From assembly GCA_963674595.2 (NCBI GenBank), contig CAXXFV010000009.1:96001-160000 (forward strand): a stretch of DNA of 64,000 bases. The letters run 5' to 3'. Both the position numbers and the translations under genes were made by a program. The notes below the pieces were generated by a model. That model had not been told where the DNA came from and made no database searches. It saw only the letters and a list, made by a program, of their open reading frames with translations. The stretch comes from a bacterium. Lineage in GTDB: Bacteria > Zhuqueibacterota > Zhuqueibacteria > Residuimicrobiales > Krinioviventaceae. This document shows positions 1 through 12,435 of the stretch, piece after piece (position 1 is the first letter of the stretch; every line of letters starts with the position of its first letter).

Positions 1-1991
1 CTTTTTCCGGATTTTTGAATTGGATGACCGGCGATTCCAGTTGAGCGAGCACATCAGCATCAAGTGATTGGGCAAGTTTCCATTGACTCGCATATTGATT
101 TGCCAGCTCAATTAATTCATTAGATTCCGCACCATCCACATATTTTGGCGGTTCAGTAAAGGATAAAATCTGGCCTCCATTAGCCAGATATTTTTTCAGC
201 AGGGCCACCACTTCACTATCCATGTTTTCAATAGCAGGAGGGAGGACAACTAATTTATAGGTCCGTTCACCAACAACAAATTTTTGACCATCAAGTTTAC
301 CCCAGGTTTTTATTGTGTTTTCCGAACCCAAATCATATTCTACCTGTAAAAACTCGAGGTCTGTGATAAATTTTTGAAAAATCGGTCCCATTTTGTTAAA
401 GGCCGGATTGGCGTCTATGGTGGAATAATACATCCAGGCTGTGGTCGTCGGCTCCAATACTAAAGTATCATACAGTTGTTCCCCTGAAGAAAGCGCCAAG
501 GATAATCTGGCAAAATAATCACCGGATGCTTTGTAAAATTTCCACCAGGGTTCATGATATGAAAAAGACTGTGGATGATCACGCTTGCGCGCGCCTTTTA
601 TAGTAATATAAGATAGATGCTGGTTAAGGAAATTTACACCCAGCACATATTCCCAATCACCAATGCGCTTCATGTCCTCAAACCGCAAGTCCCAACCGCC
701 GGCTCCGTATGTTTCGCTCAATGTTCTTGTACGTCCCATTTGATTGGCGACACTTCTCAACTCTTTAACATTTCTGACATTGCCGAACTGGGCATTTACA
801 TCTTCGTTATATTGGTTCATCAATATATCAATGGCCGGCATTTGGTGCCAGGCATACATTGCCATATTATCAGACCCTTCCTTTGGATTGGGCCAGCCGT
901 GTTCCCAATAGTGACCGGTCCAGATCAAATTGTTTTTTTCACAATATTCAAACCAGGGCTTGCTCCAACGGTCAATAAACAGATCAAGTAATAAAGAGTA
1001 ATAATTGTGTCGGATTTTTTTCCAGTCACCAATTTCTTCAAATAATGACGGCAGATTTGTTTTCAGGTCATATCCCCATTTTTTTTCAAAGTCATCAAAC
1101 AACGAAGGTGTATACTTGATGCCGCCCGGCGGATTGATATTGGGCTCATCTGTAAAAATTCCAGGGACCTCTTTACCGAAATCTTGCCCGATTGACTTTT
1201 CATAGCCGTTCATTGTAATATCAATAAACTTTTCTGTTACACCGGGAATCAGTAAATCAACATATGAATAACCCCCGAACCACGGAGATTTTTTATAATA
1301 TTTTTTTTTCAAACAGATAATAGTCTCCACCGGTATTTTTTTTCTGGTCCAACTGAGTGGTTATATCGATAAATTTATCGTTTGCTTTTTCAAGTACAAT
1401 AAAATATTTATCTTTTACATTGTCCGGCAATTGCTGAACATATTCCATTTCCAGGCCCTGTCCCTGGTTATAGGATTCAGGCATTTGTGCCGGTACGTTC
1501 CCGCCGGCAAATCCACTGGGATAGGAATTTTCGTCGTACAACCAAACTTTCATTCCCATTTCCTTTGCTTTTGCAACCGTATATTTGCATAATTCAAACC
1601 ATCGGTCGGAGAGATAAGGTGTAATGAGCCCCGGTCTGGGATGGATAAAAACGCCGCCGATGCCGCCTTGCTTCATTTCCTGTAATTGCTGGTCGATTTC
1701 CTGCTCATCAGAGTCTTCATTCCATACCCACAACGGTGCGCTTTGGTATTCAACCGGTGGACTTTTAAACATGGATTCCATTTGTGAAAAGGAATTTATT
1801 GTTTGAGTTTCTGCCATACTGCTTTTTATGGAAAGGAAAATTGTTGCACAAATAATAAGAACGGTGAAAATCAGCGGTTTTTTAATTCTGGATCGGTGTG
1901 TTGCCGTCAATTTTTTTAAACTACAAAACTTGGAAACAGTTACAAAAGGAGCCCCAAAATTTAATATGCGGTTTTTTAATAAAGAACTCAA
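1..1991 (-). pseudogene. GH106 (alpha-L-rhamnosidase-like) glycoside hydrolase, frameshifted at an A9 run; continues past the left window edge
   Basis: N-terminal part has APLWVWN, GGVFIHPRPGL, WLYDENSYPSGFAGG. Removing one A at 1301-1309 continues the frame as EKKYYKKSPWFGGYSYVDLL...GIFTDEPN...GARKRDHPQSFSYHEPWW. Confidence 0.75.
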
Positions 1992-2077
1992 AATTCACCT
2001 CCGAATAATAGATGTATAAATTTTTAAATATCTATAAAAGTGAATGATAAAAAGTATAAAACCAGTGTTTTACTGTT

Positions 2078-3904
2078 TTATATGTTTTTAAAAAGAAACT
2101 GAAAAGATGATTTTTTTTGTGCTTCAATATTCTCAAATTCCAATGTATTTAATGGTTTAATCGTAACGCCGGATGAGGTTCTATATTTGCCCGGATCATT
2201 TGTAGCCTCGAATTTTATATGAGGAGAAAAATTAATTGTTTGGTTACTATTGCACCCTAATAAAACAGGACCATGAAAATATTTTGTATAACGTGTTTGA
2301 ATGTTCTCCTGATGGGGGGGCTTTGTATAAAACAAAATATCAAACGTAATGGAAATCGGGTCTGAGATGTTGGGTCCCAGCAAAAATGATAAAAAACCGT
2401 TTTTTTGTTTGTAATCAAGTTGTCCAACCCGGCTATTAACTTTAATACTATGGCGATCTATCCATTCCGGTATAAAAAGGTAGACTGTTTTTGTTTTAGC
2501 TAATGTGGATTTGATAACTGAAATACGGACATCACCTTTTTCCGGATAGCTGCTTTTTAGGCCCAAATGCAGGTCGCCATCCTGGAATTTTAATACAGCG
2601 GTGCTGTTGTGATAAAAAGGAATGTAAATATTGTCCTGATCATAAAAGTAACCATACTGGCCTGCTTTGGCTAAACCCTCACTGCCCCGCATGGTGCAAC
2701 ACCATGTAGCTTCAACTTTGTGAGTAAGGCGTGCATTTTCTTTAGTACCCAGGCAATTGTTGACACCAAAACCGCCGTTTGTCCATTGATTATGCCGCAC
2801 ACCGTTATAATAAATTAAATGAGCGTCATGTAAATAATTTTGCTGTCCGGTTGCTTTCCATAGTTCAACCGCAAGAAGAAATGAATCTATAACAGCACAT
2901 CCTTCTGTGTGTGCCGGTCTTCCGAACCAGTTATAGTTTTCATAATTTTCTGTCATTGCATATTTCTTATAGTCGGCATATATGCGTTCTACAAAATTCA
3001 GATATTTCTTTTTGTTTAAAAGTTCGTAAAATCTTAAAATTCCTCTCAACGCAGACAGTGTTGAGTGCGTTTGTGCTTTTATTTGCAGCAGATCAATTTG
3101 ACAATAAAAATTAAAAATTTGTTCTATCGCTGTTTTTAATTCGTTTGACGGAAATATCTGATATACCTGTGTCAAGCCGTCAAGGACCATAAATAATTGG
3201 CAAGTATCGGTAGAAAGCTGCCAGTTTTCTACCAATCCAGCGTCCATAGCTATTGTACCGCCCTTTTTCAGGCTTTTACGTTTGTTCTCAAGAGGATAAC
3301 TTTTGATGTCGTTGGCAAGGGGAATCATCATATTTTGAACAGTGGATTGGATGATGTCCCTTATAGTGTCATCCTTCTGCCAGAGGTACAATTCGCATAA
3401 ACCACGAAGAAAAAACTGATGGCCGGTTATTTGAATTTCATCATAAAAACCGTTTTCAAGAATTTTGCCGGTATACCCTTTATCATTAACAAGCTCTTTG
3501 GGAAATTTTTCCACAATTTCTGCCAGAAATTGTGGTTCCTGGTTTAGAACCTGGGCCAATTGTACCAGTCCCAAAATAGTGCGACCAATAAAGTCACCCG
3601 GATAAGGATCTTCAAGTGTGTGTTTGGCAATATTTTTATACTGAAAAAGGGGATCATGTAAACGATCAAAATTTCGTTGTGCGCGTTGAAGCAGATCTCC
3701 ATCGATGGTAATATCATAAAACTGTGGATTCAAAAGATTGTTTGTCTCGGGCTGTTTTTCTTTTTTTGTGCAAGATATCACCAAGCCAAGGCTTGATATG
3801 ACTGTAGTTATATAATAAACATTATCTAAAAAGTCACGTCGAGTTATCATAAATATCCTATTTTTAAAAGCTATATAGATGAAGCTGTTTGCAAAATTTT
3901 TCAT
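2078..3904 (-). CDS. GH127/DUF1680-like (beta-L-arabinofuranosidase-like) glycoside hydrolase, probably Tat-exported lipoprotein
   Basis: ITRRDFL Tat-like motif, LVISC lipobox-like segment, HTEGC and ATWCC motifs, C-terminal beta domains with HGPVLL. Confidence 0.65.
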   Translation of the reverse strand: MKNFANSFIYIAFKNRIFMITRRDFLDNVYYITTVISSLGLVISCTKKEKQPETNNLLNPQFYDITIDGDLLQRAQRNFDRLHDPLFQYKNIAKHTLEDPYPGDFIGRTILGLVQLAQVLNQEPQFLAEIVEKFPKELVNDKGYTGKILENGFYDEIQITGHQFFLRGLCELYLWQKDDTIRDIIQSTVQNMMIPLANDIKSYPLENKRKSLKKGGTIAMDAGLVENWQLSTDTCQLFMVLDGLTQVYQIFPSNELKTAIEQIFNFYCQIDLLQIKAQTHSTLSALRGILRFYELLNKKKYLNFVERIYADYKKYAMTENYENYNWFGRPAHTEGCAVIDSFLLAVELWKATGQQNYLHDAHLIYYNGVRHNQWTNGGFGVNNCLGTKENARLTHKVEATWCCTMRGSEGLAKAGQYGYFYDQDNIYIPFYHNSTAVLKFQDGDLHLGLKSSYPEKGDVRISVIKSTLAKTKTVYLFIPEWIDRHSIKVNSRVGQLDYKQKNGFLSFLLGPNISDPISITFDILFYTKPPHQENIQTRYTKYFHGPVLLGCNSNQTINFSPHIKFEATNDPGKYRTSSGVTIKPLNTLEFENIEAQKKSSFQFLFKNI

Positions 3905-4439
3905 TTTTTGAGTAAATCAGATTTACAATAATGTGCTCTTTTCTTTTTTAAAAGTAAATTAAAAAAATTTCCTGTTAAAACAATTTTTAACAAAAAGAAT
4001 TGTTTTATTATCAATTTTATTATCAGAAAATATTTTTCGATATTGGAATTTAGTCCTGCAAATGTAAATGATAAAAGATGCCCTTGAAAAAATGATATTA
4101 GAAGAGCAGGGGATTATGTTTATCAAAAAGTTTAGTTGCATGAATATAATAACTAACTTGTAAAATAATTTCAAGTAGTATTATTGAAACAATAATTATA
4201 AAGTAGAATTTCAGACTTTGTTGATAAAAGAAATTTTTTAGCCCGGGCTGAATGTCATTTCTCATATTTAAAAATTGTAAAGGTGCTTAAAACATTTAGG
4301 TATGTTTACTATTTAATAATTACAAATTATACAAAAACGAAACTAAAAAAATATTTTGTACTTGCATTTCAAAATAAGAATCTTTAAATTACCCAGCTTT
4401 TAATGTCAGTGAAATCAGAACGATAAGCAAAGGTAAATT

Positions 4440-5123
4440 ATGCTCAAGCCAAGAAAACGAATCACTAAAAAGGAACTTAAAGAAGACAAGCTTGTAACAT
4501 TTTATTTTGAGGCAAGCTCGTGGGTTGAAAAAAATCTTCGCTATGTTATAGGTGGTGCAACTGCTCTAGTTGTAATTATTGTAGCAATATTTTTGTATTC
4601 GCAATCCCAGAATAAAGCTAATCAAGATGCTGCCGTTGATTATGCACGTGCAATAAAAGCCTATGAAAGTTCCGATTATCAGGGCGCTTTAACACTTTTC
4701 AGTAATGTTGTTGATAATTATGGCGGTACGAAAAGTGGAAAAACAAGTCGTTTTTATTTGGCCAATTGTTTTTTCTTTACAAATGATTATGACAATGCAG
4801 AAAAATTTTATAATAAATATTTATCAAGAGGTAACGATAAACTTTTGACTCCGGCAGCAATGGCGGGAATAGCCGCTTGTTACGAACAGCGTAAAGAATA
4901 TGAAAAAGCGGCCAAGCAGTATGAAAAAACCGTTTCAAAACATTCGGATTATGTTCTCGTTTCCGAGTATCTGTTAAATGCTGCTGCCTGTTACCAGAGT
5001 GCCGGCAAAGCCGATCAGGCTGTTAAAGTGCTGGACCAAATTATTGATGATTATTCTGATTCACAGGAGAAAGATCAGGCTGTTATACTAAAAGCAATGA
5101 TTGAAAGTGCCCCTGCTATGTAA
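4440..5123 (+). CDS. Membrane-anchored TPR protein (YfgM-like)
   Basis: KKELKED N-terminus, one TM helix, tandem TPR repeats. Confidence 0.75.
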   Translation: MLKPRKRITKKELKEDKLVTFYFEASSWVEKNLRYVIGGATALVVIIVAIFLYSQSQNKANQDAAVDYARAIKAYESSDYQGALTLFSNVVDNYGGTKSGKTSRFYLANCFFFTNDYDNAEKFYNKYLSRGNDKLLTPAAMAGIAACYEQRKEYEKAAKQYEKTVSKHSDYVLVSEYLLNAAACYQSAGKADQAVKVLDQIIDDYSDSQEKDQAVILKAMIESAPAM

Positions 5124-5144
5124 GGCTGTAAATGTAAAAAAATC

Positions 5145-5206
5145 TTGCATTATCTTGTTTTTTTTTATATATTCCATGTCAAGTGGGCCAAAAGGCCCAC
5201 TTTTTT
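5145..5206 (+). promoter_or_regulatory. Sigma70 promoter and rimP leader hairpin
   Basis: TTGCAT-17-TATATT (5145-5173), then hairpin AAGTGGGCC-AAAA-GGCCCACTT plus T-run, the usual attenuator-like element ahead of rimP-nusA. Confidence 0.65.
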
Positions 5207-5229
5207 ATTGCTTGTAATTGAGGTTCGGC

Positions 5230-5682
5230 ATGTATGAAGATACAAATTTGAATAATATTATCGCTCCGGTTTTAGAAGAAATGGGTATAGAGTTAGTCGA
5301 ACTCAAGTTACTTGGTTCCGGTCCACGGAGAATTTTAAGAATATATGTGGATCAAGCTGGTGGTATCAGTTTGGAACGATGTGCCGAAGCAAGTAGACAA
5401 ATATCTGATATATTGGATCGAAAAGACCCGATTCCTTCTAGATTTGTTTTAGAAGTATCATCTCCGGGCGCCGATCGTCCACTTGTTTCTGAAAAAGATT
5501 TTTCTAAAAATATAGGTCGAAAAGTAAAAATTCGGTACAAGGCAGAAGATGAGAAAACAGATAAAATTATAGGAAAGATTTTGTCTGTAGATCAGGAAGC
5601 TGTCATTGTAGCTGTTGAAAATACGGAACATTCAATTAAATTTAATGATATTTTAAAAGCAAAAATAGTTTTTGAAATTTAA
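5230..5682 (+). CDS. rimP: Ribosome maturation factor RimP
   Basis: LRIYVD, LEVSSPGADRPL motifs; first gene of the nusA-infB operon. Confidence 0.95.
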   Translation: MYEDTNLNNIIAPVLEEMGIELVELKLLGSGPRRILRIYVDQAGGISLERCAEASRQISDILDRKDPIPSRFVLEVSSPGADRPLVSEKDFSKNIGRKVKIRYKAEDEKTDKIIGKILSVDQEAVIVAVENTEHSIKFNDILKAKIVFEI

Positions 5683-5724
5683 TTGAAAAAACAATACGTG
5701 TAGAGTTTATCACAGGATTGAACC

Positions 5725-7008
5725 ATGAAAAGTGACATTGTTGAGGCATTTGCCCTCCTTACAAAAGAAAAAAGCATCGATAAAGAAGTACTTTCCCGGA
5801 TTATTGAAGATATTTTTCTTTCGCTGATTAAAAAGAAATATGGTACATCTGATAATTTTGATGTTTTTGTGAACATGGAAAAAGGTGAAATTGAAATTTA
5901 TCAAAGCAAGACAATCGTTGAAGACGTTCAGGATGAAGTTTTGGAAATTTCTTTGGAGGCTGCACGTAAAGCTGAACCGGACCTTGAGCTTGGCGATGAA
6001 TATCTTGAAATTATTGATCCGACCACATTTGGACGAAGATTGGTTATCTCTGCTAAGCAAAATTTGAATCAACGCATTAAAGAAGTTGAAAAAGAACTTG
6101 TTTTTGAAGAGTTTAAGGATCGAATTGGTGAGATTATCAGTGGTGAAGTTCGGCAAATTAATCGTGATGAAATTTTTCTAAATGCCGAAAATACCGAAGT
6201 TTTATTGTCGAAAAACGAGCAGATACCAAACGAAAAATATCGTCGTGGTGATAATTTACGGGCTGTAATTAAGGATGTTCAATGGACCTCCAGAGGACCG
6301 GAAATTATCGTATCTCGGTCTGCTCCGATGTTTTTGACCCGATTATTTGAATTGGAAGTACCTGAGATTTATGAAGGTATTATTGAAATTAAAGGTATTG
6401 CCCGTGAAGCTGGTGAACGTACAAAAATTGCCGTTTATTCGAACGATAAACGCATTGATGCTGTTGGAGCGTGTGTTGGAATGAAAGGTATGAGGATTCA
6501 GGCTATTGTCCAGGAATTGAATAACGAAAAAATCGATATTATTAACTGGAGTGCTGAACCTGAAATTTTTATTACACGTGCACTTAGCCCGGCAAAACCT
6601 AAGCGAATTGCAATTGATGAAGAAGCCCATAAAGTTTATGCCATATTGGATGATACGCAAATATCCCTGGCAATTGGAAAAGGTGGGCAAAACCGTCGTT
6701 TGGCATCTAAATTAACCGGATATGATCTGCAGACAATGCGTGAAAAAGACTATAAGAAAATGACAACCACGGAAAGCGGATTAGACCTGCCGTTGTCAGA
6801 GATTGAAGATTTGTCTGAAAAGATTGCACATACCCTTATTATGGGCGGCTTTGAAACTATTCGGGACGTTTTGGATGCAGACCTTGAAGAACTGACCAGT
6901 TTACCTGGTATTGGTGAGAAAACAGCAGAAAAAATTAAAAGCATGTTGACACCTGCTGTTGACGAATTAAATGACGACGATGATGATATAGATGATGAAG
7001 AGTATTAG
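5725..7008 (+). CDS. nusA: Transcription termination/antitermination factor NusA
   Basis: S1 and KH domains (AREAGERTKIAV, GACVGMKG, AIGKGGQN), C-terminal HhH. Confidence 0.97.
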   Translation: MKSDIVEAFALLTKEKSIDKEVLSRIIEDIFLSLIKKKYGTSDNFDVFVNMEKGEIEIYQSKTIVEDVQDEVLEISLEAARKAEPDLELGDEYLEIIDPTTFGRRLVISAKQNLNQRIKEVEKELVFEEFKDRIGEIISGEVRQINRDEIFLNAENTEVLLSKNEQIPNEKYRRGDNLRAVIKDVQWTSRGPEIIVSRSAPMFLTRLFELEVPEIYEGIIEIKGIAREAGERTKIAVYSNDKRIDAVGACVGMKGMRIQAIVQELNNEKIDIINWSAEPEIFITRALSPAKPKRIAIDEEAHKVYAILDDTQISLAIGKGGQNRRLASKLTGYDLQTMREKDYKKMTTTESGLDLPLSEIEDLSEKIAHTLIMGGFETIRDVLDADLEELTSLPGIGEKTAEKIKSMLTPAVDELNDDDDDIDDEEY

Positions 7009-7083
7009 TAAATACTCCTATATTGATAATGTTAAATTTTAGTTGACTTGAGTGAATGTGAAATTCTTGGGAGTTAGAAACTT

Positions 7084-9753
7084 TTGGCTGTTAAAAAAAG
7101 AGTATTTCAAGTAGCCCGTGAGTTTAATATCGCAAACGAAGCGCTTATTGAATTCCTTAAAAAATTAGACTATGATATTCGAAACCATATGAGTCCTGTC
7201 GATGACGATGCTTATGCACTCGTACAGGAAAAATTTGGTGAAAAGCCTGCTCAGGTAGATGAGGAATATGAGTTTCGTAAAAGATTACGCGATAGAAAAG
7301 CTCAGGAAGAGGCAAGTAAAGAAAAAGCCAAAGAAGATTTGGAACGACGGATACGTGTGTCTCAGGAACTAGCTCAAGAGATACCAAAGTTAAAACGACA
7401 ACGTGGTCAGGAAAAAGAAATTGTCGATGTTCCTGAACAACCTGATCTTGTAACTGAACCTGTTGCCGAAGAGTCGCAGGTAGATGAGGCTAGAGCTGAA
7501 GTTACTGAAGCAGTTGGTGAGAAACCTGAAAAAATTATAGAAAAAACTCAAGTACCTTCTGTTGAAGAGCTTGATGAAGAAGCGCCGGCAAAGAAAAAGA
7601 GTGCACGTAAGAAATTACGAATCGTAGAGATACCATCCGAAGATTCCGGACGTAAATTAAAAGAAGATCATAAAAAAGTACCTCCTGCACAAGAAAAGGG
7701 CGAAGAAACTAAGGAAACGGAAAAGACTGCTCCTGTTAAAAAAGAAGAAAAAGAAGAATCCAGGTCCAAGAGGAAAAGAAAACGTAAACGTCCTGCTGCT
7801 GAAGAGGATGATTCTGAAGCTGAAGAATTACTGGTTCCTTCTAAAAAACATAAAAAGAAGAAAAAGAAAAAGAAAAAACCACAGTTTGATGAAGAGGAAA
7901 TTAAAGAAACCATTCGTCAAACATTGGCTTCAATTGATGATTCCGGAAAAACGAAAAAACGTAAACGACGAACTCAAGTTGAAGAAACTGATGAAGAAGA
8001 ACAATCCATCATACGCGTTAGTGAGTTTATGTCATTGTCTGAGCTTGCCAAGCTGATGGAAGTGGAATCATCAGAACTTATTAAAAAATGTATGGAACTG
8101 GGCATGATGGTATCCATTAATCAACGAATAGATATGGATACGATTACATTGCTGGCTTCTGAATACGAATTCCAGGTTGAAGCACTGGAAGAATTCGGTG
8201 AAGAACTTGTAGAAGAACTTGAAGAAGATGATGAGGGAACCAAACTTCCCCGTCCACCTGTTGTTACGATAATGGGACATGTTGATCACGGTAAAACATC
8301 GTTGCTGGATTATATTAGAAGCAGTAACATTATTGCAGGTGAAGCAGGTGGTATTACACAGCACATAGGTGCTTATGAAGTAGAAGTAAACGGCAAAAGT
8401 ATTTGCTTTTTAGATACTCCAGGTCACGAGGCTTTTACAGCCATGCGTGCCCGTGGTGCTCAAGTGACGGATATTGTCGTTTTAATTGTTGCAGCAGACG
8501 ATAGTGTGATGCCGCAAACAATTGAAGCTATCAGCCATGCCAAAGCCGCCAATGTTCCGATTGTCGTTGCAATTAATAAAATCGATAAACCCAGTGCAAA
8601 TTCAGATATGATACGAAAACAACTTGCTGAGCACGATGTGTTGGTTGAACAGTGGGGCGGAAAGTATCAATCCGTTGAAGTTTCTGCAAAAACCGGACAA
8701 GGTATGGAACAATTGCTGGAATTGATTTTACTGGAAGCCGAACTTTTGGACCTGAGAGCAAATCCGGACCGCAATGCTCGTGGTGTTGTTATAGAGTCCC
8801 GTCTGGATAGAGGCAAAGGTGTTGTTTCAACAGTTTTAGTACAAGCTGGTACATTAAGGGTTGGGCAACCATTTGTTGCAGGTGCTACTTTTGGTAAAGT
8901 CCGTTCAATGCTTGATGAAAGAAGTCATAGCATTAAACTAGCCGGGCCTTCTGTTCCTGTTCAGGTACTTGGTTTCGATTCATTACCACAATCCGGTGAT
9001 TCATTTGTTGTCCTAGATTCAGAACGTGATACAAAAGAAATAAGCCAAAAACGCCAACAACTTCAACGTGAACACGAACACTGGCAAAGCAGACCCAGAA
9101 CATTGGATCAGATTTCTAAACAGATCCAAAAAGGAAAGATCAAACAATTGTCCGTCGTGCTTAAAGCCGATGTGGACGGGTCTATAGAAGCCATTACAGA
9201 TTCACTGCAAAAATTAGCTACGGATGAAGTTGCTGTAAACGTCATTTTAAGAGGTGTCGGCGCTATTTCTGAAACAGATGTTATTTTGGCAGCCGCATCA
9301 AGTGCTATTATTATCGGTTTTCATGTCAGACCCGCAACCAAAGCCCGTGAATTGGCGGCCAAAGAACAGGTTGATATTCGGCTTTATGACGTTATTTATG
9401 ATATTATTTCAGATGTAAAATCTGCTCTTGAAGGATTTTTATCTCCTACATTGCATGAAGAAATTGTCGGTACTATTGAAGTTCGTGAAACATTCAAGGT
9501 GCCGAAAATAGGAACCATTGCCGGTTGTTATGTGTTATCCGGAAAAATTAATAGAAATGACAAGATTAAACTATACAGAGATGACCGTCTTGTTCATGAT
9601 GGCAAAATATCTTCTCTTAAACGATTTAAAGATGATGCTAAAGAAGTAGCTGCCGGATTTGAATGTGGTATCGGTATTGATCGATATGATGATATTAAAG
9701 TTAATGATGTCATTGAAGTATATAATATCATTGAAACAAAACGTTCTTTATAG
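7084..9753 (+). CDS. infB: Translation initiation factor IF-2
   Basis: [21 protein letters not shown]-domain motifs; long charged N-terminus. Confidence 0.98.
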   Translation: MAVKKRVFQVAREFNIANEALIEFLKKLDYDIRNHMSPVDDDAYALVQEKFGEKPAQVDEEYEFRKRLRDRKAQEEASKEKAKEDLERRIRVSQELAQEIPKLKRQRGQEKEIVDVPEQPDLVTEPVAEESQVDEARAEVTEAVGEKPEKIIEKTQVPSVEELDEEAPAKKKSARKKLRIVEIPSEDSGRKLKEDHKKVPPAQEKGEETKETEKTAPVKKEEKEESRSKRKRKRKRPAAEEDDSEAEELLVPSKKHKKKKKKKKKPQFDEEEIKETIRQTLASIDDSGKTKKRKRRTQVEETDEEEQSIIRVSEFMSLSELAKLMEVESSELIKKCMELGMMVSINQRIDMDTITLLASEYEFQVEALEEFGEELVEELEEDDEGTKLPRPPVVTIMGHVDHGKTSLLDYIRSSNIIAGEAGGITQHIGAYEVEVNGKSICFLDTPGHEAFTAMRARGAQVTDIVVLIVAADDSVMPQTIEAISHAKAANVPIVVAINKIDKPSANSDMIRKQLAEHDVLVEQWGGKYQSVEVSAKTGQGMEQLLELILLEAELLDLRANPDRNARGVVIESRLDRGKGVVSTVLVQAGTLRVGQPFVAGATFGKVRSMLDERSHSIKLAGPSVPVQVLGFDSLPQSGDSFVVLDSERDTKEISQKRQQLQREHEHWQSRPRTLDQISKQIQKGKIKQLSVVLKADVDGSIEAITDSLQKLATDEVAVNVILRGVGAISETDVILAAASSAIIIGFHVRPATKARELAAKEQVDIRLYDVIYDIISDVKSALEGFLSPTLHEEIVGTIEVRETFKVPKIGTIAGCYVLSGKINRNDKIKLYRDDRLVHDGKISSLKRFKDDAKEVAAGFECGIGIDRYDDIKVNDVIEVYNIIETKRSL

Positions 9754-9765
9754 TAAAAAATTATT

Positions 9766-10047
9766 GTGCTGGTAGGAATTTATCAAATAGAGTTGTTTAT
9801 CCCGGCGAGTCATTCGCTAAAAGAAAAACGTTTTGTTTTGTCCAGCATTAAAGCAAAACTTCAAAATAAATACAATATTTCAATTGCTGAAGTCGATGGA
9901 CTGGACAAGTGGCAGCGGGCTGTTCTTGGAATTGCCATGGTTGCAAACGAACGGCTCATTTTAGAGCAAACAAAAACCAAAATATTGAATTTTATTGATA
10001 CACAAGATCAGGTCGAATTACTTGATCAACAATTTGAAATTATTTAG
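9766..10047 (+). CDS. DUF503 (YlxP-like) protein
   Basis: SHSLKEKR...SIAEVD...DKWQ motif; position between infB and rbfA. Confidence 0.9.
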   Translation: MLVGIYQIELFIPASHSLKEKRFVLSSIKAKLQNKYNISIAEVDGLDKWQRAVLGIAMVANERLILEQTKTKILNFIDTQDQVELLDQQFEII

Positions 10048-10063
10048 CAGAGATAATATAAAT

Positions 10064-10423
10064 ATGCAGTATAAACGTGCTGATCGTGTAGCTGTTTTAA
10101 TAAAAGAAGAAATTAGCAAAATACTTTTAAAGGATGCCAAAGATCCTCAAATTGGTTTTGTGACCATAACCAAAGTTAAACTGAGTAGCGATTTAAAACA
10201 TGCAAAAATATACTATAGCGTGCTCGGTGACGAACAAAAAAAAGAGCAAGCCGGCGAGGCTTTAAACAGATTAACATCCTTTGTGAGAAGTGAAATTGCT
10301 CATCGTGTTCGCTTGAGATTTGTGCCGACGATCCAGTTTTTTTTCGATGATTCGTTGGAATATGCCGATCGTATTAACAAAATTATTAATAAATTGCATG
10401 ATGAAGACAATATCAAGTCCTGA
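10064..10423 (+). CDS. rbfA: Ribosome-binding factor A
   Basis: RADRV...KDP...ITKVKLSSDL...LRFVPTIQFFFDDS. Confidence 0.95.
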   Translation: MQYKRADRVAVLIKEEISKILLKDAKDPQIGFVTITKVKLSSDLKHAKIYYSVLGDEQKKEQAGEALNRLTSFVRSEIAHRVRLRFVPTIQFFFDDSLEYADRINKIINKLHDEDNIKS

Positions 10424-10429
10424 TGATTT

Positions 10430-11113
10430 TTGGTGAGTTTTAATATTATTATTGACAATAATTTCGGAAAAATATTTAATATTAATAAACCAATAGGTTG
10501 GACATCTAATGATGTTATCCGTTGGTTTAAAGGCAGGTTGCCAAAAATTAAAATTGGACACGCCGGAACTCTTGATCCTTTTGCAAACGGAATTTTACTT
10601 GTTTGTGTGGGCAAGGCCACAAAACAAGTTCCGTTTTTGATGGATGACGAGAAAGAATATATCGGCACTTTATGCTTTGGTTATGAAACAGATACACTGG
10701 ATATAAGCGGTAAAATTATTAAAAAAAGTCGTGTTCCTGAAATAAGCTGTAAAAGTTTTGTGGAGAATACGTTACAACTTTTAGGTGAAATTGAGCAGGT
10801 TCCTCCGAGGTTTTCTGCTTTAAGAGTAAACGGACAACGGTCCTATGATCTTGTTCGAAAAGGACAGGAAGTAACTTTAAAAAAACGCCGTGTATATATA
10901 CATAAATTGGAACCCATAAAGGCTTTTCATCAAATGATACAATTTCGTGTTGTCTGTTCGAAAGGGACTTATATCCGGTCTTTGGCCCGTGATATTGCCC
11001 ATGCCATGAACACTGTTGGATATTTAAAGACCTTGACACGTACCCGGAATGGATCATTTTATATTAAAGATGCTCTTTATTTGGATCAAATAATAGAATC
11101 ATCATTATTTTAA
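10430..11113 (+). CDS. truB: tRNA pseudouridine(55) synthase TruB
   Basis: KIGHAGTLDPFA, VPPRFSAL, CSKGTYIRSL. Confidence 0.95.
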   Translation: MVSFNIIIDNNFGKIFNINKPIGWTSNDVIRWFKGRLPKIKIGHAGTLDPFANGILLVCVGKATKQVPFLMDDEKEYIGTLCFGYETDTLDISGKIIKKSRVPEISCKSFVENTLQLLGEIEQVPPRFSALRVNGQRSYDLVRKGQEVTLKKRRVYIHKLEPIKAFHQMIQFRVVCSKGTYIRSLARDIAHAMNTVGYLKTLTRTRNGSFYIKDALYLDQIIESSLF

Positions 11114-11127
11114 GTTAAAAAAAATTA

Positions 11128-12069
11128 ATGCAAGTTTTTTGGGATTTAAATCATATATACCCAAAGAAAGACTGTATAGTCTCAGTCGGTACATATGATG
11201 GAATACATTTGGGACATCAAAAAATAGTAAACGAGCTGATAGAGAAATCCAAACAAAAGCAGCTTGTTTCAACATTGGTTACTTTTGAACCTCATCCTCA
11301 ACTTATATTAAAAAGAGCCGACAAGCCTGAAATAAAACTGTTGACAACGATTGAGGAAAAAATTGATGTTCTTGAAGCATTAGGACTTGATCGATTAGTG
11401 ATCGCCAGTTTTTCCAGTGCTTTTTCAAATATTTCGCCTGATATATTTGTCGAGTCAATATTAGTTCAAAAACTTGGCATGAAGCACATTATCATCGGCT
11501 ATGATCATTCATTTGGAAAACGACGCGCCGGAAATATAGAATTATTAAGGAATTTGGGTAAAGTTCACAATTTTGATGTGGATGTTACAAAACAAATTCA
11601 ATTAAAAAATGAAACCGTAAGCAGCACTCTTGTAAGAAGGCTGTTGCTTGAGGGAAATGTAAAACAGGCCAATATCTTTTTAGGCCGACTCTATAGCCTC
11701 AGAGGGCAGGTTATTCCGGGGCATGGAAGAGGCCGGGAATTTGGATTTCCAACAGCGAATATAAAAACCTATTCGCAGTACAAACTTGTTCCAAAATCCG
11801 GCATCTATGCAACACGTTTAAAATTAAATGAAACTTTATACAATTCTGTTACATATATAGGAAACCGGCCTACTTTAGGCCTGAAAGAAAATGTGATTGA
11901 AACACATATTTTTGACTTTGACCAGGAATTGTATAATTCAGAGATAGATTTGGAATTTGTAGATTTTATTCGAGACGATGAAACATTTCAAACAACTGAT
12001 GAACTTGTTCATCAAATAAAAGCTGATAAAAAAAAATCAATGGAACTTTTAACAATATTCTCAAGTTAA
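11128..12069 (+). CDS. ribF: Bifunctional riboflavin kinase/FAD synthetase
   Basis: [30 protein letters not shown]. Confidence 0.95.
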   Translation: MQVFWDLNHIYPKKDCIVSVGTYDGIHLGHQKIVNELIEKSKQKQLVSTLVTFEPHPQLILKRADKPEIKLLTTIEEKIDVLEALGLDRLVIASFSSAFSNISPDIFVESILVQKLGMKHIIIGYDHSFGKRRAGNIELLRNLGKVHNFDVDVTKQIQLKNETVSSTLVRRLLLEGNVKQANIFLGRLYSLRGQVIPGHGRGREFGFPTANIKTYSQYKLVPKSGIYATRLKLNETLYNSVTYIGNRPTLGLKENVIETHIFDFDQELYNSEIDLEFVDFIRDDETFQTTDELVHQIKADKKKSMELLTIFSS

Positions 12070-12085
12070 TATCTGGAGGATTTTA

Positions 12086-12355
12086 ATGCCTATTACAAAA
12101 GAACAAAAGGTTGATTTAGTAAAAACCTATGGAAAAAACGAGCATGATTCTGGAAACGCTGAAGCTCAGGTAGCTATTTTGACTGCTCGTATTAACGATT
12201 TAACAAAACACTTTAAAACCAATCCTAAAGATCATCACTCCCGTCGTGGACTTTTAAAGTTAGTTGGCCGACGTCGCAGACTCTTGGATTATATTAAAGC
12301 AAGAGACATCGAACTTTATCGATCTTTAATTGGTAAATTAGGTATAAGAAGGTAA
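12086..12355 (+). CDS. rpsO: 30S ribosomal protein S15
   Basis: [13 protein letters not shown]...[20 protein letters not shown]. Confidence 0.98.
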   Translation: MPITKEQKVDLVKTYGKNEHDSGNAEAQVAILTARINDLTKHFKTNPKDHHSRRGLLKLVGRRRRLLDYIKARDIELYRSLIGKLGIRR

Positions 12356-12435
12356 GCGATAATACCCTCTATTGTGTTTTTATATCGATAATAGCCGGGC
12401 ATGCAGTGTTTCTGTGAAGAAAGGAGGAATGATTA

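Noticed and set aside
7668-8056. Low-complexity Lys/Phe-rich ORFs in alternative frames
   Set aside because: Shadows of the charged IF-2 N-terminus
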